In this document: positions 12,793 to 26,227 of the stretch, in pieces
Numbering within the stretch: the first letter of the stretch is position 1
Layout: every line of letters begins with the position of its first letter
Assembly: GCF_963921235.1 (NCBI RefSeq)
Contig: NC_086109.1
Coordinates: forward strand, 20,214,001-20,278,000
Length of the DNA stretch: 64,000 nucleotides
Direction of reading: 5' to 3'
Source of the DNA: Mobula hypostoma
Lineage: Eukaryota
Made by a program: the position numbers and the translations under genes
Notes under the pieces: generated by a model
Seen by the model: the letters and a program-made list of their open reading frames with translations, nothing else
What the model was told of the DNA's origin: nothing
Databases searched by the model: none

Positions 12793-14319
12793 ATCGCCAA
12801 ACAATTGATACTAGAGCGTACAATCATCACAGTGATATCTGATTCTGCGCTTCGCGCTCCCTGGAGTACAAATCAATAGTAAATAGTAAAAATTTAAATT
12901 ATAAATCATAAATAGAAAACAGAAAAGGGAAAGTAAGGTAGTGCAAAAAATCGAGAGGCAGGTCCGGATATTTGGAGGGTACGGCCCAGACCCGGGTCAG
13001 CTCAGATCCAGCAGTCTTATCACAGTTGGAAAGAAGCTGTTCCCAAATCTGGCCGTACAAGTCTTCAAGCTCCTGAGCCTTCTCCCGGAGGGAAGAGGGA
13101 CGAAAAGTGTGTTGGCTGGGTGGGTCGTGTCCTTGATTATCCTGGCAGCACTGCTCCAACAGCGTGTGGTCCAAGGATGGAAGATTGGTTTGTGTGATGT
13201 GCTGCACCGTGTTCACGATCTTCTGCAGCTTCTTTCGGTCTTGGACAGGGCAACTTCCATACCAGGTTGTGATGCACCCTAGAAGAATGCTTTCTGCGGT
13301 GCATCTATAAAAATTAGTGAGGGTTTTAGGGGACAGGCCAAATTTCTTTAGTTTTCTCAGGAAGTAAAGGCGCTGGTGGGCTTTCTTGGCAGTGAACTCT
13401 GCTTGGTTGGACCAAGTCAGGTCATTTGTGATATTGACCCCGAGGAACTTAAAGCTTTTGACCTGTTCCATTTGTGTACCACTGATGTAAATTGGGTCGT
13501 GCGGTCTGCTACTCCTGAAGTCAACAACCAATTCCTTCGTCTTGCTGACGTTGAGGGATAGGTTATTGTCTTCACACCATGCCACCAGGTTCTTAATTTC
13601 CTCTCTGTACTCAAACTCATCATTACCCAAGATACAGCCCACAATTGTGGTCTCATCAGCAAACCTATATATTGAGTTCGATGGAAACTTGGCTACACAA
13701 TCATGGGTGTACAGTGAGTACAGCAGAGGACTGAGTACACAGCCTTGCGGGGCACCAGTGCTCAGAGTGATTGTAGAGGAGAGCTTGTCCCCTATTTTTA
13801 CAGCCTGGGTCCTGTCTGTGAGGAAGTTGAAGATCCAGCTGCAGATCTGAGTGCTAAGGCCCAGGTTCCGGAGCTTAGGAATCAGTTTATTTGGAATGAT
13901 GGTATTAAAGGCAGAGCTGTAGTCAATGAAAAGGAGCCTTAGATATGCGTCTTTATTCTCCAGGTGTTCTAAGGAGGAATGTAGGACCAGACAGATGGCA
14001 TCTGCCATTGACCTGTTGCTCTGGTAGGCGAATTGCAAAGCGCCGAGGTTGACCGGTAGGCTGTGGTTGATGTGTGCCATAACCAATCGCTCGAAGCACT
14101 TCATAGCAATTGATGTCAGAGCCACAGGTCGATAGTCATCCAGGCATGTCACCTTGCTCTTCTTCGGCACCGGGATTATCGTTGCCTTCTTAAAACATGA
14201 GGGGATCTAAGACTGAAGCAAGGAGCAGTTGAAGGTGTCAGCAAACACTCCAGCTAGCTTGCTTGCACAGGCCCAGAGAACCCATCCCGGGACGCCATCT
14301 GGGCCTGTTGCCTTCCTTG
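12793..14319 (-). mobile_element. Rex1/Babar-like LINE (RT domain, 5'-truncated) inserted in the 5' LTR
   Basis: ORF 12899-14170 has [29 protein letters not shown] and FADE; TSD gaacttt(g)att at 12783-12792 and 14320-14330. Confidence 0.92.
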
Positions 14320-15239
14320 GAACTTTGATTTACAGTAATAAAGAAACACATCTTAACCTAGCCACGTGCTGGAACATTCTGGCAATCCCACACATGCTCA
14401 GTGCTCTGTCCAGTCAGGTACTGGCACATCATTGCATGTGATATCACCACAACATCCACCCCTTCTTTTCATCTTCTTCTAAGTTACCTCTGTTAGATTT
14501 ATGAGACAGGACTTCCCTTGCACAAAACCAAGTTGACTCCTCCCCTTCCAAGTGAATTTAAATCCTGTTCCTTAGCAATATTTTTAAGCTGACTGGATCT
14601 ACCAAAATTCCTGACAATTGGCATGACTTTGAGATATGGAAGGCAACTGGAAGACCCAGTGGAAACCCATGCATTCACAGTGCTGGGCGTCAGATGCAGA
14701 CGTTCTACCGGGCCCACCACTACGTAGTCATAAAATATAGATTTGGCACGAGGATTAAATATTAGTCAGGATATAGACTTCTGATCTTTTTCAAAATAAT
14801 TCCATGAAAGTGTATAAAGAGATTAGCTTTATTTGTCTCACGTATGCTGAAACATACAGTGGAATGCGCTGCTTTGCTTCAAATGAAATCATCGAGGTTT
14901 GTGCTAGACAGCCCGCAGGTCTCGCTGTGCTGCTGCTGCCAGCAGAGCATGCCCACAACATACTAACCCTACCCCTATGTCTTTGGAATGAGAGAGGAAA
15001 CTGGAGCACCCAGAGGAAACCCTCGTGGTCGTGGGTAGAACGTGCAAACTCCTTGCAGACAGAGGCAAGAATTGAACCCCGGTCACTGGTGTAAAGTGAC
15101 TGAAGTAACTGCTAGTCTACCGTGACACACAGTGATATCTTTTCTCACCTTAAGAGGCCAATGGATTTTGTATTTTATACCAAATTTAACTCCTCCAAGA
15201 GTGCAGCACTTTCTAACAGAAGTAATACTTTTAAAAGTT

Positions 15240-16160
15240 TATAATTGTTAGAAATGTATAAAATTATGAGAGTCCTAGATAGGTTAGATAGCAAGAATCT
15301 TTCTCCCCTGCTAGAAATATCGAATAGTGAAGGGCGGAGCTTTAAGTTTTAAGCTTTAAGGGGAAAGTTTAAAGCAGATGTGCAAGGTAAGCCTCTTTCA
15401 TCTCAGACGGTTGAGGAAGTTTGGTATGGGCCCCCAAATCGTAAGAACTTTCTACAGGGGCACAATTGAGAGCATCCTGACTGGCTGCATCACTGCCTGG
15501 TATGGGAAATGTACCTTCCTTAATCGCAGGACTCTGCAGAAAGTGGTGCGGACAGCCCAGCGCATCTGTAGTTGTGAACTTCCCACGATTCAGGACATTT
15601 ACAAAGACAGGTGTGTAAAAAGGGCCCAAAGGATCATTGGGGACCCGAGTCACCCAACCACAACCTATTCCATCTGCTAGCATCCGGGAAATGGTACCGC
15701 AGCATAAAAGCCAGGACCAACAGGCTCCGGGACAGCTTCTTCCACCAGGCCATCAGACTGATTAACTCACGCTGATTTGAGTGTATTTCTATGTTACATC
15801 GACTGTTCTATTTATCATAAATTACTATGATTGCACATTGCACATTTAAACAGAGGTGTAATGTAAACATTTTTACTCCTCATGTATGTGAAGGATGTAA
15901 GTAATGAAGTCAATTCAATTCAATTCAAGTTTTTTACACAGAGAGTGGTGGGTGTCTTTAACAAGCTGTCAGGGTAGTGATGTAAGCATGTATGATGGTG
16001 GCATTCAAAAGGCTTTTGGATAGACACATGGAGGGATATGAACCATGAGCAGGCAGAAGAGATTTTGCAAAATTTTGCATCTTGCCTGGCACAAGCATGA
16101 TGGGCTGAAGGGTTTGTTCCTGTACTGAACTGTTCTCTGCTCTCCGCTCTATGTTCTACT
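15240..16160 (+). mobile_element. CR1 3' fragment interrupted by a Rex1/Babar 3' fragment (about 15390-15927)
   Basis: ORF 15378-15680 LRRLRKFGMGPQIVRTFYRGTIESILTGCITAWYG; (caatt)n tail; CR1 sequence resumes at ttttacacagagagtgg. Confidence 0.75.
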
Positions 16161-19100
16161 TTTCTCACTAATTGTACTAAAAACAATAGTCAGGTTTCTG
16201 AAGAAAATAGATTCATAGATAAAATAAATAATCTGAACATTTTGGAATTGCGTGAAGGCAAATGATCAAAAGGTCAGAGAATCGAGGAGGCGTGTGTGAT
16301 CTATATTTTTCCTTCTCAGCTGTGAGACAGATGTCTTATCACACCATCGGAGGGGATAGGATTGGGCCCTTGGTGCTGATTGCATTATTAAATTGATTCC
16401 AAAATGAAAACACGTGCCCTGATCAGCTGGGTTTACTGAAACATTTGGAAGAGGAATGTTCTCTGATTGTTCCGATTCAAGGGAGATAGTTCCTAATTTC
16501 AAACGGACTTGCTGAGAAGTGCATACGTCATTGTGGCTGGCTGCAAGCCAAAAATCTGCCTTGAGCGAATAATGGGCTTCTCTTTGCTGCAATGCTGAGG
16601 CTCTTTCCCAAAGCCGGATGGAGCAGTGGGAATATCCACTTGAAAGGATGGTCTGACTTAGAGAAATATCAGGAACATGTTAGTCCTGTAGTCTGTTCAC
16701 CACCCAAAATGTCAAGGAGGAAATGTAGCAACCATTGTTTTTTTCAGCTAACTTCTCCTGAAGGAACTGGCTTATGCTTCTCCAACCTCCATTACTGCAA
16801 GATAGCTGTTAATAATTCCAGGACAGAATTCAGGAAATACTTCTTCACCCACTGTTCGAGAAGCTGGGTGAACAGCATGGGTGCATGAAGCCAGTCAAAT
16901 GGGAAAAAAGGAACAGAAGGAGATGACGTTAGGTATGGGAAAGGTCTGTCCTGGGACCTGCACATATAGTAACAACCAGCACAAAGCTGGCTTGGCAGCA
17001 CCTCTACTTTCATAGAAGCTTGCGTTGATTTTGGATGTCATCTCAAACTTTGACAAACTTCTATAGATGTACTGGTTGCATCACTGCTTGGTATGGAAAC
17101 ACCAATCCCCAGGAATGGAAAAGTCTACAGAAAGTGGTGGATACCGTCCAGTCCATCATAAACATAGCCCTCTCCACCACTGACCACACTGACTAGGAGC
17201 GGTGCCACAAGAAGTCAAATAAATCATCAAGTCCTCCCGTCATCCAGGCTGTGTTCCCGTCTCACTACTACCATCAGGCAGGACCAATGAGGAACAGCTA
17301 TTGTGCTACAGCCATCAGACTCATGAATCACCATGTGGCACTCTGGTCAATATTTCTCTCTTCACCAACATCTGGTTGTTACCACCACAAGCTGCTTTTC
17401 CGTGGGTAAATAACTATGTTTTTCCACATTGCACAACAACTAGCTTTTATAATTACTTTGCTCAGTGAAGCCCTTTAAAAACTCAGGAGGTCATGAAACT
17501 GTTCCTTTATACTTATTAAATTCCCTGAAGCCCTTGAATAACGGTGCCACCATTTGACTACAACAAGCCATCAATAATTTTATACAGTGATTTATAACAT
17601 ACCAAGGATTTAATCTGCACTTTCTGGAACTAGATGTCAATCACTGTAATGTTGCATTCAACAGTTTGATGGTCTGGTTCACTGCTGGCAACATATTCAC
17701 CCCGTAACAATGAACAGAATTCACTGACGCTATCATGTTATGAATTTTTAACTTGAGACTTAAACTTCGGGGGCGATTTTTGGGGACTTGTCGGCCATGG
17801 CCAACGACCCTTATGAGATTTAAAGACTGAAATAGGTTTTGCTACGGCCACTCCATCACTGTCAATGGATAGCTTAATCATAAGAATGAATTTATGGAAT
17901 TTTATTGAAGTGCCAGAAGTTTTTTTTTACCGGGTTGCCAACTTTGCTGTGGTGTGTGGGTAACGCTTTCTCCTCTCCATCAAAAAATCCCAAAGATTTG
18001 GGCATATTATCGAGATTCCAAAGATACTGTGGGCCTGCTGCAGGGTCAGATGTGTCTCTTTTAGGAAGAAGTGGATGTAAAATATCTCACTGCATTATTT
18101 AGAAGGGATTTTTTTTATCATAACCAAAACACATAATCTCATCATTATAACATTGCTGTTTGTAAATCATGCTATTGCAATTCTTAAGTTACAACTGTGA
18201 CAAGACTTCAATATCTTGCTCAAGTTCAAGTTCAACTTTATTGTCCTTCAGCCATACACATGTATACAGCTTAATGAAAGATTATTCGTCCAGAGTCAAG
18301 GTACAAAACACAACACATATAGTCACACACAGCATATACAGTATAGTTACGATACAATCACAAAATAATATTAGCACAGGTCTCTGACTGGTATGACCTG
18401 AAGATTGATGGTGCTTGGGATTTCGTCCTGGAGCTACACTTCTGTAAAAACAAGCACACAGTAAAAGCATCCTACAACATCTTGAGGCTGTGAGCATTGT
18501 AAGAGGAGATGGCCTGAAACTTGTTCCACCATCCAATAAGATGATACATCAGTTGGCTCAGACTGGGATCATCCGTGCCTATCGCTGGACACTAGTAATG
18601 ATGTGTTGTGTTTTTACATATGGGACTGATGGATTTTACTGATGTTAATTCACACAAGAATCAAGCTTCCTCGTCATGACAATCAAAATGACATTTGCTA
18701 TTCCTTCCTAAAGATATGCACAGGTAAATTACAAATAAATCCAACGATTCTCTCTTACAAGGTCTGCTGGATCAGGTCATAGAATTGGAATAAATCTGTA
18801 TGTTAACAACTGAACAAATGCAAGATTCCTTAATATAGTACAGCCTTCAAGGAGCATTAAACCACATTCTGCTCAGAAAGCAGCTTTTCCATCTGGATTA
18901 GTTCATTCAGTATGAGAAATCTGCTTCTAATTATTAAAGATAAACACTTAGGTCAAAGCACCTCGTTTGTCTGTTTTTCTTCCCTTAAAAGGGGCTCATT
19001 GAGTACTTGCCTGTCTTTCTGTTTTATGACTAATACCACGTCTGGCAGTCTTTCCAATTCTCCACTATGAGTTATGACTTCACTTTCTCACTCTCTCTTT

Positions 19101-19624
19101 GTCCCATAGCATGCAGATCAGAATGCTCCAACCCACTTCCCACTGTCTCCTCTCTAAATGTCTCAGGACACCTGAGGTTCATCTTTCTTCTGTTGTCTCA
19201 TCAACTGCAGATGTTTTAAATGCACAAACCATCAAAGCATGAAGGATAGACCTTTGCTAGGTTACTAATTGGGCCTAGCAATTAGGCTTTTTCCAGTGAG
19301 GTTCGGTGAGACTAGGAGTAGAGGTCATAGACTAAGAGTAAAAGGGGAAATGCTTAAAGGGAACATGAAGGGGGATCTCGGAAGGTGGTGAAAGTGTGGA
19401 AGGAAGTGGTGGATGGGGGGTTTATTTCAATATTTATGAAAAATTTGGATGGGTACATGGATGGGAGGGGTATGGAAGACTATAGTCAGGGTGCAGGTCG
19501 CGGGGAGAAGTCAAATTAATAGTTTGGCACAGACTAGATGGGCTGAAGGGCCTGCTTCTGAGCTGTTGTGCTCTATGACTCTATATTGTCTTGGCCACCC
19601 ATGAAGAGAAACGAAATGCTTTCA

Positions 19625-20300
19625 CATAAGTTGGTGACTACTTTGTCAAGCACCTTTGCTCCATCAGCCACAAAAGCTGGGATTTCCCAGCAGCACCACT
19701 CCTCCCCATATCAATCTGGCTTCCCATTCCCATTCCGACGTGTTGGACCATACCCTCCTCTAAGGTCATGATAACTAGCAAGTTAGAGGAGCAACACCTC
19801 ATATTCCATCCGGAAGCTTCCAACATGATAGCATGAACACAGATCTCCCAAACTTCCATAATTTCTCCATCTTCCACCTTCTCTCTTTTTCAATTGTCCA
19901 TTCTGGTTCCCCTCTCACCCCTTCTCTTTGCCTCACCTGCCCATTACCTCCCGCTGGTGCCCCTTCTCCTTCTCTTTCTCCCATCGTCCTCTCTCCTCTC
20001 TTTTTTTTCTTTTTTCTTCATCCCTTTACTTTTTCCACCTATCACCTCCCAGCTTCTCATTTCACACCCTTCCCCCTCCCACTCACCTTACCCCTCAGCC
20101 AGCTTCACCTATCACCTGCCAGTTTGTCCTCCTTCTCCTCCCCCGATCTTATTATGGCTTTTATCCCTTCCGTTCTAGTCCTGATAAAGGGCCTTGGCCT
20201 GTAATGTTAGACTGTTTTTTCACGTCCATAGATGCTGCCTGATCTGCTGAGTTCCTTCAGCATTTTGTTTGTGTTGCCCTGGAGTTCCAGCATCTCTTTG
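19625..20300 (+). mobile_element. Degenerate Penelope-like element 3' part with decayed hammerhead (about 20176-20214)
   Basis: Endonuclease C-terminal remnant (LEEQHLIF), CT-rich UTR, tagtc-ctgataa-agggccttggcct-gtaatgtta-gactg. Confidence 0.7.
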
Positions 20301-20417
20301 CTCACGTTTAAACTTAGATTGGTTTTCACAAATTCAGTACATCCCAATGGAGATCTTTTAAATTGGAGTTACTTTTGTTACACATCACCATCAATATGTG
20401 CTGTGTTGTATGACATA

Positions 20418-21111
20418 CAGTGCCTATAAAAAGTACTCATCCCCCTTGAAAGTTTTCATATTTTATTGTTTTACAACATTGAATCACAGTGGACTTAATT
20501 TGGCCTTTTTTGACACTGATTAACAGAAAACGACTTTCGTATCAAAGTGAAAACTGACCTCTTCAAAGTGATGTGTAATTTTGATGATGCACAGTGTTTG
20601 TTCTGATGGCCAAAAAGCTCAATTTTGGTTTCATCAGACCATAGAATCTTCTTCCAGCTGACTTCAGAGTCTCCCACATGCCTTCTGACAAACTCTAGTT
20701 GAGATTTCAACAGTGTCTTTCTCTTTGCTACTCTCCCATAAAGCAGCAAAACACAAGGAGATCCTGGAGGAAAACCTGATGCAGTCTGCAAGAGAACTGC
20801 GACTTGGGAGGAGATTGACCAGCAAGACAATGATGCTAAGCATAAAGCTAAAGCTGCACCAGAATGACTTAAAAACAACAAAGTTAATTTCCTGGAGTGG
20901 CCAAGTCAGAGTACAGACCTCAGTCCAATTGAGAATTTGTAGCTGGACTTGAAAAGGGCTGTTCACTCACGATCCCCCATGCAATCTGACAGAGCTTGAG
21001 CAGTTTGTAAAGAAGAATGGGGAAAAATTGCAATGGAAAAAAATTCAATATTGTAAAGCAATAAAACATGAAAGTTTCTGGGGCGGGGTGTGACTACTTT
21101 TATTGGCTCTG
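20418..21111. mobile_element. Tc1-like transposon, internally deleted and partly inverted
   Basis: About 67-bp imperfect TIRs starting TA-CAGTG; minus strand KKILWSDETKIELFG; plus strand EWPSQSTDLSPIENL. Confidence 0.85.
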
Positions 21112-21468
21112 TTGGCGATCATGGTCATGACCATGATTGTATCTGGCAAACTTTTCTACAGAAGTAGTTTACTAATTGCCTACTTCTGGATAATGTCTTT
21201 ATAAGATGGGTGACCTCAGATCTTATCAATACTCTTCAGAGATTGTCTGCCTGGCGTCAGTGGTTGCATAACCAGGACTTGTGATATGCACCGGCTGCTC
21301 CTACGACCATCTGCCACCTGCCCCCATGGCTTCACATGACCCTGATCGGGGTGGGGGAAGGGTTGCTAAACAGATGCTACACCTTGCCTAGGTGTGACCT
21401 GCAGGTGAGTGGAGGGAAGGAGCACCTTACTCTTCTTTTGGTAGAGATGTATCTCCATCCTGCCACCC
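21112..21468 (-). mobile_element. RTE-tailed SINE-like repeat; plus-strand copy at 44159-44462
   Basis: The two copies align; the 44159 copy carries gaagaaggcaatggcaaaccacttc, a Bov-A/RTE-type motif. Confidence 0.6.
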
Positions 21469-22024
21469 TATTTTGTAACACAGAAAGTCAATTAAGCTGG
21501 TCCTTGACTACGTGCATTAGATAGCGATGTATCTGCCTCACTGTGGTAACTTGACATTGCACTTCCTGTCATGAGTGACCATTGCGTCATATCAGTCACT
21601 CACAATATGATGTCAGTCCTTGCAAAACGTTACTTTCAGAAAACTCATGGGGAGCAGTGTAAGTTATCCTTTGATTATTGTTGATTAACAATGATGATTA
21701 TTCCTGGAGAACCATTGGTAGAAGGAAATGGAACAGTACAGGACAGGACAGGCTCACGATATTGTGTCAAACTAATTAAACCAACGGCTCCTAATTAATC
21801 TAATCCCTCTTTCCCACATATTGATCATATTCCTCTCCCCCTCTGCATATCTAAGAATCTCCTAAATGATCCCATGCTCTCTCTCTGCTTCGATAACCAC
21901 ACTTGTCAATGCGTTCTAGACCCCACCACTCACTGTGCTCTGCTTACCCCTTCTCACCTGAAGTACATACCCTCTGGTGTGAGACATGATGTAGTGCTAA
22001 ACTCAGGTGCCTTTTGAGTAGGAC

Positions 22025-22900
22025 TTGGCTGACAATCAACACTGGCGCACCTCAGGGGTGTATACTTAGCCCACCGCTCTACTCTCTATATACCCATGAC
22101 TGTGAGGCTAGGCATAGCTCAAATATCATCTATAAATTTGCTGATGATACAACCACTGTTGGTAGAATCTCAGGTGGTGAAGGAGGGCGTACAGGAGCGA
22201 GATATGCCAACTAGTGGAGTGGTGTCGCAACAACAACCTGGCACTCAACGTCAGTAAGACAAAAGAGCTGATTGTGGACTTCAGGAAGGGTAAGACGAAG
22301 GAACACATACCAATCCGCATAGAGGGATCAGAAGTGGAGAGAGTGAGCAGCTTCAAGTTCCTGGGTGTCAAGATCTCTGAGGATCTAACCTGGTCCCAGC
22401 ATATCGACGCAGTTGTACAGTAAAGAAGGCAAGACAGTGTCTATACTTCATTAGGAGTTTGAAGAGATTTGGTATGTCAACAAATACACTCAAGAACTTC
22501 TATAGATGTACTGTGGAGAGCATTCTGATAGGCTGCATCACTGTCTGGTATGGTGGGGGGAGGGGCTACTGCACAGGACCAAAAGAAGCTGCAGAGGGTT
22601 GTAAATTTAGTTGGCTCCATCTTGGGTACTAACCTACAAAGTACCCAGGACATCTTCAAGGAGCAGTGTCTCAGAAAGGTAGTGTCCATTATTAAGGACT
22701 TCCAACACCCAGGGCATGCCCTTTTCTCATTGTCACCATCAGGTGGGAGGTACAGAAGCCTGAAGGCACACACTCAGTGATTCAAGAACAGCTTCTTCCC
22801 CTCTGCCATCTGATTCCTAAATGGACATTGAACCCGTGAACACTACCTTGTTTTTTTAATATACAATTATTTTTTATTTCCATCTTTTAAAATAACAATA
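22025..22900 (+). mobile_element. Rex1/Babar-like LINE RT 3' fragment
   Basis: [43 protein letters not shown]. Confidence 0.88.
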
Positions 22901-22910
22901 AAGTAAAAGG

Positions 22911-23530
22911 GCCCGAAGCAAAAGTTTGGGCAACCTGCATGGTCAGTACTTAGTAACACCCCCTTTGGCAAGTATCACAGCTTGTAAGCGCTTTTTGTAG
23001 CTAGCTAAGAGTCTTTCAATTCTTGTTTGGGGGATTTTCGCCCATTCTTCCTTGCAAAAGGCTTCTAGTTCTGTGAGATTCTTGGGCTGTCTTGCGTGCA
23101 CTGCTCTTTTGAGGTCTATCCACAGATTCTCAATGATGTTTAGGTCAGGGGACTATGAGGGCCATGGCAAAACCTTCAGCTTGTGCCTCTTGAGGTAGTC
23201 CATTGTGGATTTTGAGGTGTGTTTAGGATCATTATCCTGTTGTAGAAGCCATGTGATGTTTGCTTCCAGAATTTACCAGTATTTAATTGAATTCATTCTT
23301 CCCTCTACCAGTAAATGTTCCCCATGCCACTGGCTGCAAAACAAGCCCAAAGCATGATTGATCCACCCCTGTGCTTAACAGTTGGGGAGGCGTACTTTTC
23401 ATGAAATTCTGCATCCTTTTTTCTCCAAACATACCTTTGCTCATTGCAGCCAAAAAGTTTTATTTTAACTTCATCAGTCCACAGGACTTGTTTCCAAAAT
23501 GCATCAGGCTTGTTTAGATGTTCCTTTGAA
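22911..23530 (-). mobile_element. Tc1-like transposase fragment (second family)
   Basis: Minus strand LWTDEVKIKLFG and [18 protein letters not shown]. Confidence 0.85.
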
Positions 23531-23929
23531 CATTTTGAATAGAACTTTCATGCTCCAATACCCCCACCCCCTTTATTCTGCCCATCCCTGCTCTTCCAGT
23601 CTCCTGATTATCACATCTCTGAGGCTTCAACTACCCTCATGATCTGCTGATCATTTGATCTACTGACCCTGGTCCACTGATACAAGTCTCAACTCCAACC
23701 AGATCCAGCCTCTAACCAGAAGCTGGATTTCAGTTCCCAAACATAGGTTCAAGACCTTCCATCCATTAACCAAAGTCCTGGATCTGGCCAGAGCACCACC
23801 CTCTTCCTCAAACAATCCTATCCCTTCCCTCAGACCATCCTGTTGCATCGGAAGTTCTTGGGTGCATGAGAATAATGTTCCAGCTCTGTAAAACTCTAGT
23901 TCGATCATTGTGTTCAGTTCTGGTTGCCT

Positions 23930-24375
23930 TATTATAGGAAAGGTGTGTGGAAATATTAGAGCATATTTTTTGAGGATATGTTGAGCAAGCTAGGGCTTCT
24001 CTCTTTGGAGTGAAGGAGGAAGAGCACTGTACAAGATGATAAGAGGCATAGATCGAATGGATAGCCAGAGACTTTTTCCTAGGGCAAAAATTGCTAATGC
24101 AATGAAATGTAGACTTAAGGTGACAGGAGGTTAATATAGAGGGGATGTCAGAGGTAAGTTTTTTTTTACACAGAGTGTGATGGAACACCCTGCCAGAGGT
24201 GGTGGCTGAGGCACCTCATTAGGGATATTTAAAAAAAGTCTTAAACAGGTACATGGATGATAGAAAAATTGAGGGTTTTGTGGGAAAGAAGGGGTAGGTT
24301 TATCTTACAGCAGGTTAAAAGGTCAGCACGACATCATGGACTGAAGGGCCTGAAGTGTGCTACATTCTACGTTCC
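23930..24375 (+). mobile_element. CR1 3' fragment; similar fragments near 19280-19580, 44800-45295, 46400-46710, 46810-47360, 52570-53130, 54870-55200, 55680-56320
   Basis: Matches the 3' end of the CR1 at 56430-60503 (YKMIRGIDR region, 3' stem-loop, ttctatgt tail). Confidence 0.8.
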
Positions 24376-25339
24376 CAGGTACATGCAGCAGCTGCAATCA
24401 AGATAAAAATCCTCATTACCATAATTGAAAAGCAACAAGAGTTAAGGGGACTCAACCTTTCCTTAATGTTTCAGTGACAACTGCATCCAGAGGGCGAATT
24501 GAAAGAATTTGCATTTATTCAAACAGTGAGGTATCTTGCTAATTTCTCCCACAGACTTGGTGCAATTGAGAAAATAATGAGTCATTAGTTTCACAGAAGA
24601 CACAGGAAAACAAAAATAGATGCACGGCTGAGGTAAGTAAATAGAACAATTCTTCCCCTGTTGGTTTGGTCTGGTGTGGAACAATGCAGACACGGCCCTG
24701 TGGGTTTTCCCCCGGAGAGCTGCAGTGTCCAGCGTTCAATGGAAAACAGGAAGCTTCACAGGAGTGATACTTGTGGTTTGGATTGGGCACCCCGCCCAGA
24801 GAGAACCTTTGCTCCTGGGAACAGCTATCTATAAATAGGATTTCGAGAGATTTATCGGATTCATCCTGTTGCCATCCTGTCCCTGCTCCACCCCAGCTAA
24901 CTACTCAGTTCCATTTTGACGTGACAAAGGAAGTTAATTACTTAATAGTGGGGGTCAATGTTTCAGGTCAAGAACTTCCTTTTCCTGTTGCTACAACTCT
25001 GCTTGAGGATTTTCCACTCCAATCTAAATCTCCAAAGGTTTCTGGTAATGTCTGACAGTTGCTGAGATCGATTCATTAGGCTTCGAAGGGGCAACTCCAT
25101 TGAAGAGTCCATTGCCAGACTAAAGGATTTCACCACCTTCTTCATCTCTTCCTCACCATGCCTATGTAGGAGTGACATCTTTTAAGCTTCCAGTTTGGTG
25201 GAACCAGGGAGAACCTGCTGTAGGTAGCACAGAGGGTGATAATTGATGTATGTCTCTTAAGCCATCTCTGTCCCCTTGAACAGTGCGTAGCTCTCGGGTG
25301 AAAAATGATATTGTATCCATTAAATAGGGGCCGTGGACA

Positions 25340-25876
25340 ATTCTGACTTGATGGAGACAGACATGAAAGCACAGAGGAACATCTGGAGAAATTTCTGAAA
25401 CGCCAGTTCGCTGCTGTTGTTAATGTGCGATCGGGAATCTTTCGGAGGGAAGGCCTCAAAATCCCTGGCTTTGTCTGTTGTTGGTGACCGAGATTGAGGT
25501 CAAATCACTTGGATAGAGATAGCACTCAGTACTTGGTGTCGGAGAGCTGATCGGAGGCTAGAAGTTTTCGGATGACTCAGTCCGACTGTGGTCGGGCATG
25601 GCAGGAAGAGTTTTTCTTCCTTCTCCCGTCTGCGTGAGATGTGGGACATTTGAGAGACTTTGAACTTTTTACTGTGTTCATGGACTTCTTCATCAAGTTA
25701 TGGTATTGTTGCACTGTTGTAACTATATGTTATAATTATGTGGTTTTGTTAGTTTTTTCAGTCTTGGTCTGTCCTGTGTTTTGTGATATCACACCGGAGG
25801 AAATATTGTATCATTTCTTAATGCATGCATTACTAAATGACAATAAAAGAGGACTGCGTGTCTTCATAATCTAAAA
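25340..25876 (+). repeat. Non-coding retroposon with a LINE-type 3' end
   Basis: CpG-containing body ending in aatgacaataaa plus a short tail, like Rex1/Babar tails elsewhere in the window. Confidence 0.4.
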
Positions 25877-26148
25877 TAAGACTCCTATTTCTTCCCTGAT
25901 GCATCATGTGCTATGAGGTTCTCAGAAAATTCCAAGGACCTTTTGCAGGAACTGTTCAGGAAAACCTATATCTTTCACTCTCGTACACGTTCAGAACTCA
26001 GATCTTTGGCTTGTTTATTCTTAGGATGTTGGTTGTGTTCTGATGGTTCAAGTGAAATGTTATCATGAATCACTCAGCCCTTCAGGCGAACCAATAAGTC
26101 AAAATCGATTTTATTGTCATGCACACAAGACACATATGTATGAGGCGA

Positions 26149-26222
26149 GGCGCCATAGCTCAAGAAATAGAGCGCTGGTCTTGTAAACCACAAGTTCGTG
26201 AGTTCAAGTCCGACTGGAGCTT
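26149..26222 (+). pseudogene. tRNA-Thr(TGT)-derived pseudogene at the 5' end of a chimeric retrocopy
   Basis: GGCGCCATAGCTCA...CTGGT-CTTGTAA-ACCAC...GAGTTCAAGTCC...TGGAGCTT; D-loop GG lost and stems mismatched. Confidence 0.8.
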
Positions 26223-26227
26223 TAACA

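Larger units (their letters stand above)
10964..14451 (-). mobile_element. Non-autonomous Gypsy-type LTR retrotransposon (gag only, no pol) carrying captured host gene fragments
   Basis: LTRs at 10964-11163 and 12715-14451 (the second split by a LINE), roughly 89% identical by eye; TSD acatc at 10959-10963 and 14452-14456; PBS and PPT present. Confidence 0.92.

Noticed and set aside
24477..24637. Plus-strand exon candidates ending at GAG|GTAAGT
   Set aside because: Most frames contain stops and I could not chain partner exons.
26149..26222. Functional tRNA-Thr gene
   Set aside because: The D-loop GG is missing, the anticodon and T stems are mismatched, and it lies within a retroposed insert.
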